Shown piece by piece: positions 63,001-64,000 of a stretch of DNA of 64,000 nucleotides. Each line of letters opens with the position of its first letter. Within the stretch, counting starts at the first letter, position 1. This stretch comes from Paraphysomonas bandaiensis (lineage: Eukaryota; Protista; Chrysophyceae): positions 124,001 to 188,000 of the forward strand of contig CBFFRP010000136.1 in the NCBI GenBank assembly GCA_965644295.1, read 5' to 3'. The notes beneath the pieces are model-generated. The model was not told the DNA's origin. It was given only the letters and a program-made list of their open reading frames with translations, and searched no databases. The position numbers were made by a program, and so were the translations under genes.

Positions 63001-63260
63001 TCATTACGCACCCCATGGACTTTTCACTTGTTAGGTGGGATACTTTCTATGACTTTGCCCCGTTATTGTAATATCAAATTTTATACAGGGCTAAACTTAA
63101 TAGCGGCAAATACAAATCTATTCGACAGTTATCAGAAGATATCATGCTGATATTCGATAATTGCGAACTTTATAACGAGGAAGACTCCGCTATTTTCAAG
63201 GAGTCACGTAGACAGCGACGAGAGATCAAGAAGCTCATTGCTTTTTATGAAGAGTGTTAA
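57093..63260 (+). CDS. PHIP/BRWD-family WD40 + two-bromodomain chromatin protein
   Basis: N-terminal EALFLIYEFM..LESEL; WD40 (YVVTGADDYLVKVWD, GHMDAVTDV); PEQYFSTDY and YSPQIGDRVLYLPQGH motifs of BRWD; bromodomains FCFPVD..DYYCFVPVPMYLDLIKRRL and FAEPVD..PGYLSIITHPMDF..NCELYN. Confidence 0.9.
62211..62750 (+). repeat. Coding minisatellite: 5 x 108 bp (36 aa) in the inter-bromodomain linker
   Basis: Units start at 62211, 62319, 62427, 62535 and 62643: EESSDSEEDxxEExxRTxRxTRSSRSGLRSNxQSSH. Confidence 0.97.
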
Positions 63261-63933
63261 TAGCGTTTATGTGATATTCGTAGAACTAATAGCACGGGGG
63301 ATGGAAATACAGTAATGCCTCGCCTGGATATGAAAGTTATAGAGTGGTGTTGCAGAGTGTTACAGTGGCTTGTAGTTAACTTATTTTAGTTCTAAATAAC
63401 AATAATTTCTTTGGAGTTGAGTAAATTGAGGACAGGATTGTAATATTTGGAATCTAGACTTCAGAGTTTTAAAGCAGAATCGATTTGCGCCATTGACAAG
63501 ATTGGCACTACATGTCTTATATTGACATTGTGAAAATCTATTTATACTTTGTTTTGTCAGATAACCATTGTGTGTTCGCTCACTATTTTGTTCTGTTGTG
63601 AAGAAAGATTTCTTTCAGAAAGACATAGAGTGCATATGAAATATGCAAACTACTCAGCCCTTTCAGGGTATGGGTCATGTCGTGCTAATGGTAGTAAATG
63701 TCTGATTTATTGCTTTGAGTGTTATTAGTATAGTACAATTACCATATCCTTATGTGCATAGCATAGATATGACACAATAGTTTGATTCTTTTCTTCTCGT
63801 AACCTCTGGGTACACCTATTTCCTCCAGAAATAAGCAAGTTATAAAGCAAAAATCGCTATACATTCAGATATATTAGGTTTTCAACAGCATGAGGATAGT
63901 CTACAAATTAAACTATAGGGATAAAGAGTATCC

Positions 63934-64000
63934 CAGGGCCTGGTAACCATTAATGGTAATGCCATTATAATAGCCGGGACATTTTTCATTAATGCCATTA
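63934..64000. mobile_element. End of a second copy of the hAT-like MITE (truncated by the window edge)
   Basis: CAGGGCCTGGTAACCATTAATGG identical to 17459-17481; GCCGGGACATTTTTCATTAA is the reverse complement of about 17522-17541. Confidence 0.85.

Noticed and set aside
61904-63016. 370-aa antisense ORF and 270-aa alternate-frame ORF
   Set aside because: Shadows of the repeated, low-complexity coding region of the BRWD gene.

Overview
Gene-dense eukaryotic nuclear DNA from a flagellated protist (probably a stramenopile; taxonomy is inference from gene content and style). It uses the standard code and mostly tiny (about 45-60 nt) GT-AG introns, so the ORF track splits most genes. I reconstruct 17 protein-coding genes: CFAP44, MCC-alpha, a 4-TM protein, a 3-exon 100-aa membrane microprotein, Nup85, a sulfotransferase-like protein, a TPR-DNAJC8 fusion, an UNC-93-like MFS protein, an arylsulfatase, a RING+BRCT (BRCA1/BARD1-like) protein, SGT1, an NSF-N/Skp1-like/cytochrome-b5 fusion, a 1050-aa disordered protein, a PX-CaaX protein, a BK/Slo K+ channel, a HAT-repeat protein and a PHIP/BRWD WD40-bromodomain protein. 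Genes alternate strand almost perfectly, giving 7 head-to-head pairs. The divergent spacers are CATA/TATG-rich, several carry a TACAGCAG motif, and two contain very long (CATA)n/(TATG)n arrays. The spacers downstream of genes hold mobile-element debris: an hAT-like MITE (2 copies), a 1.8-kb TIR element with a TTA duplication, and a 5-copy dispersed repeat. The top candidate for a new system is the haem-binding NSF-N/Skp1-like/b5 protein transcribed head-to-head with SGT1, the known Skp1-binding Hsp90 co-chaperone. All domain calls are by eye; no searches were run.
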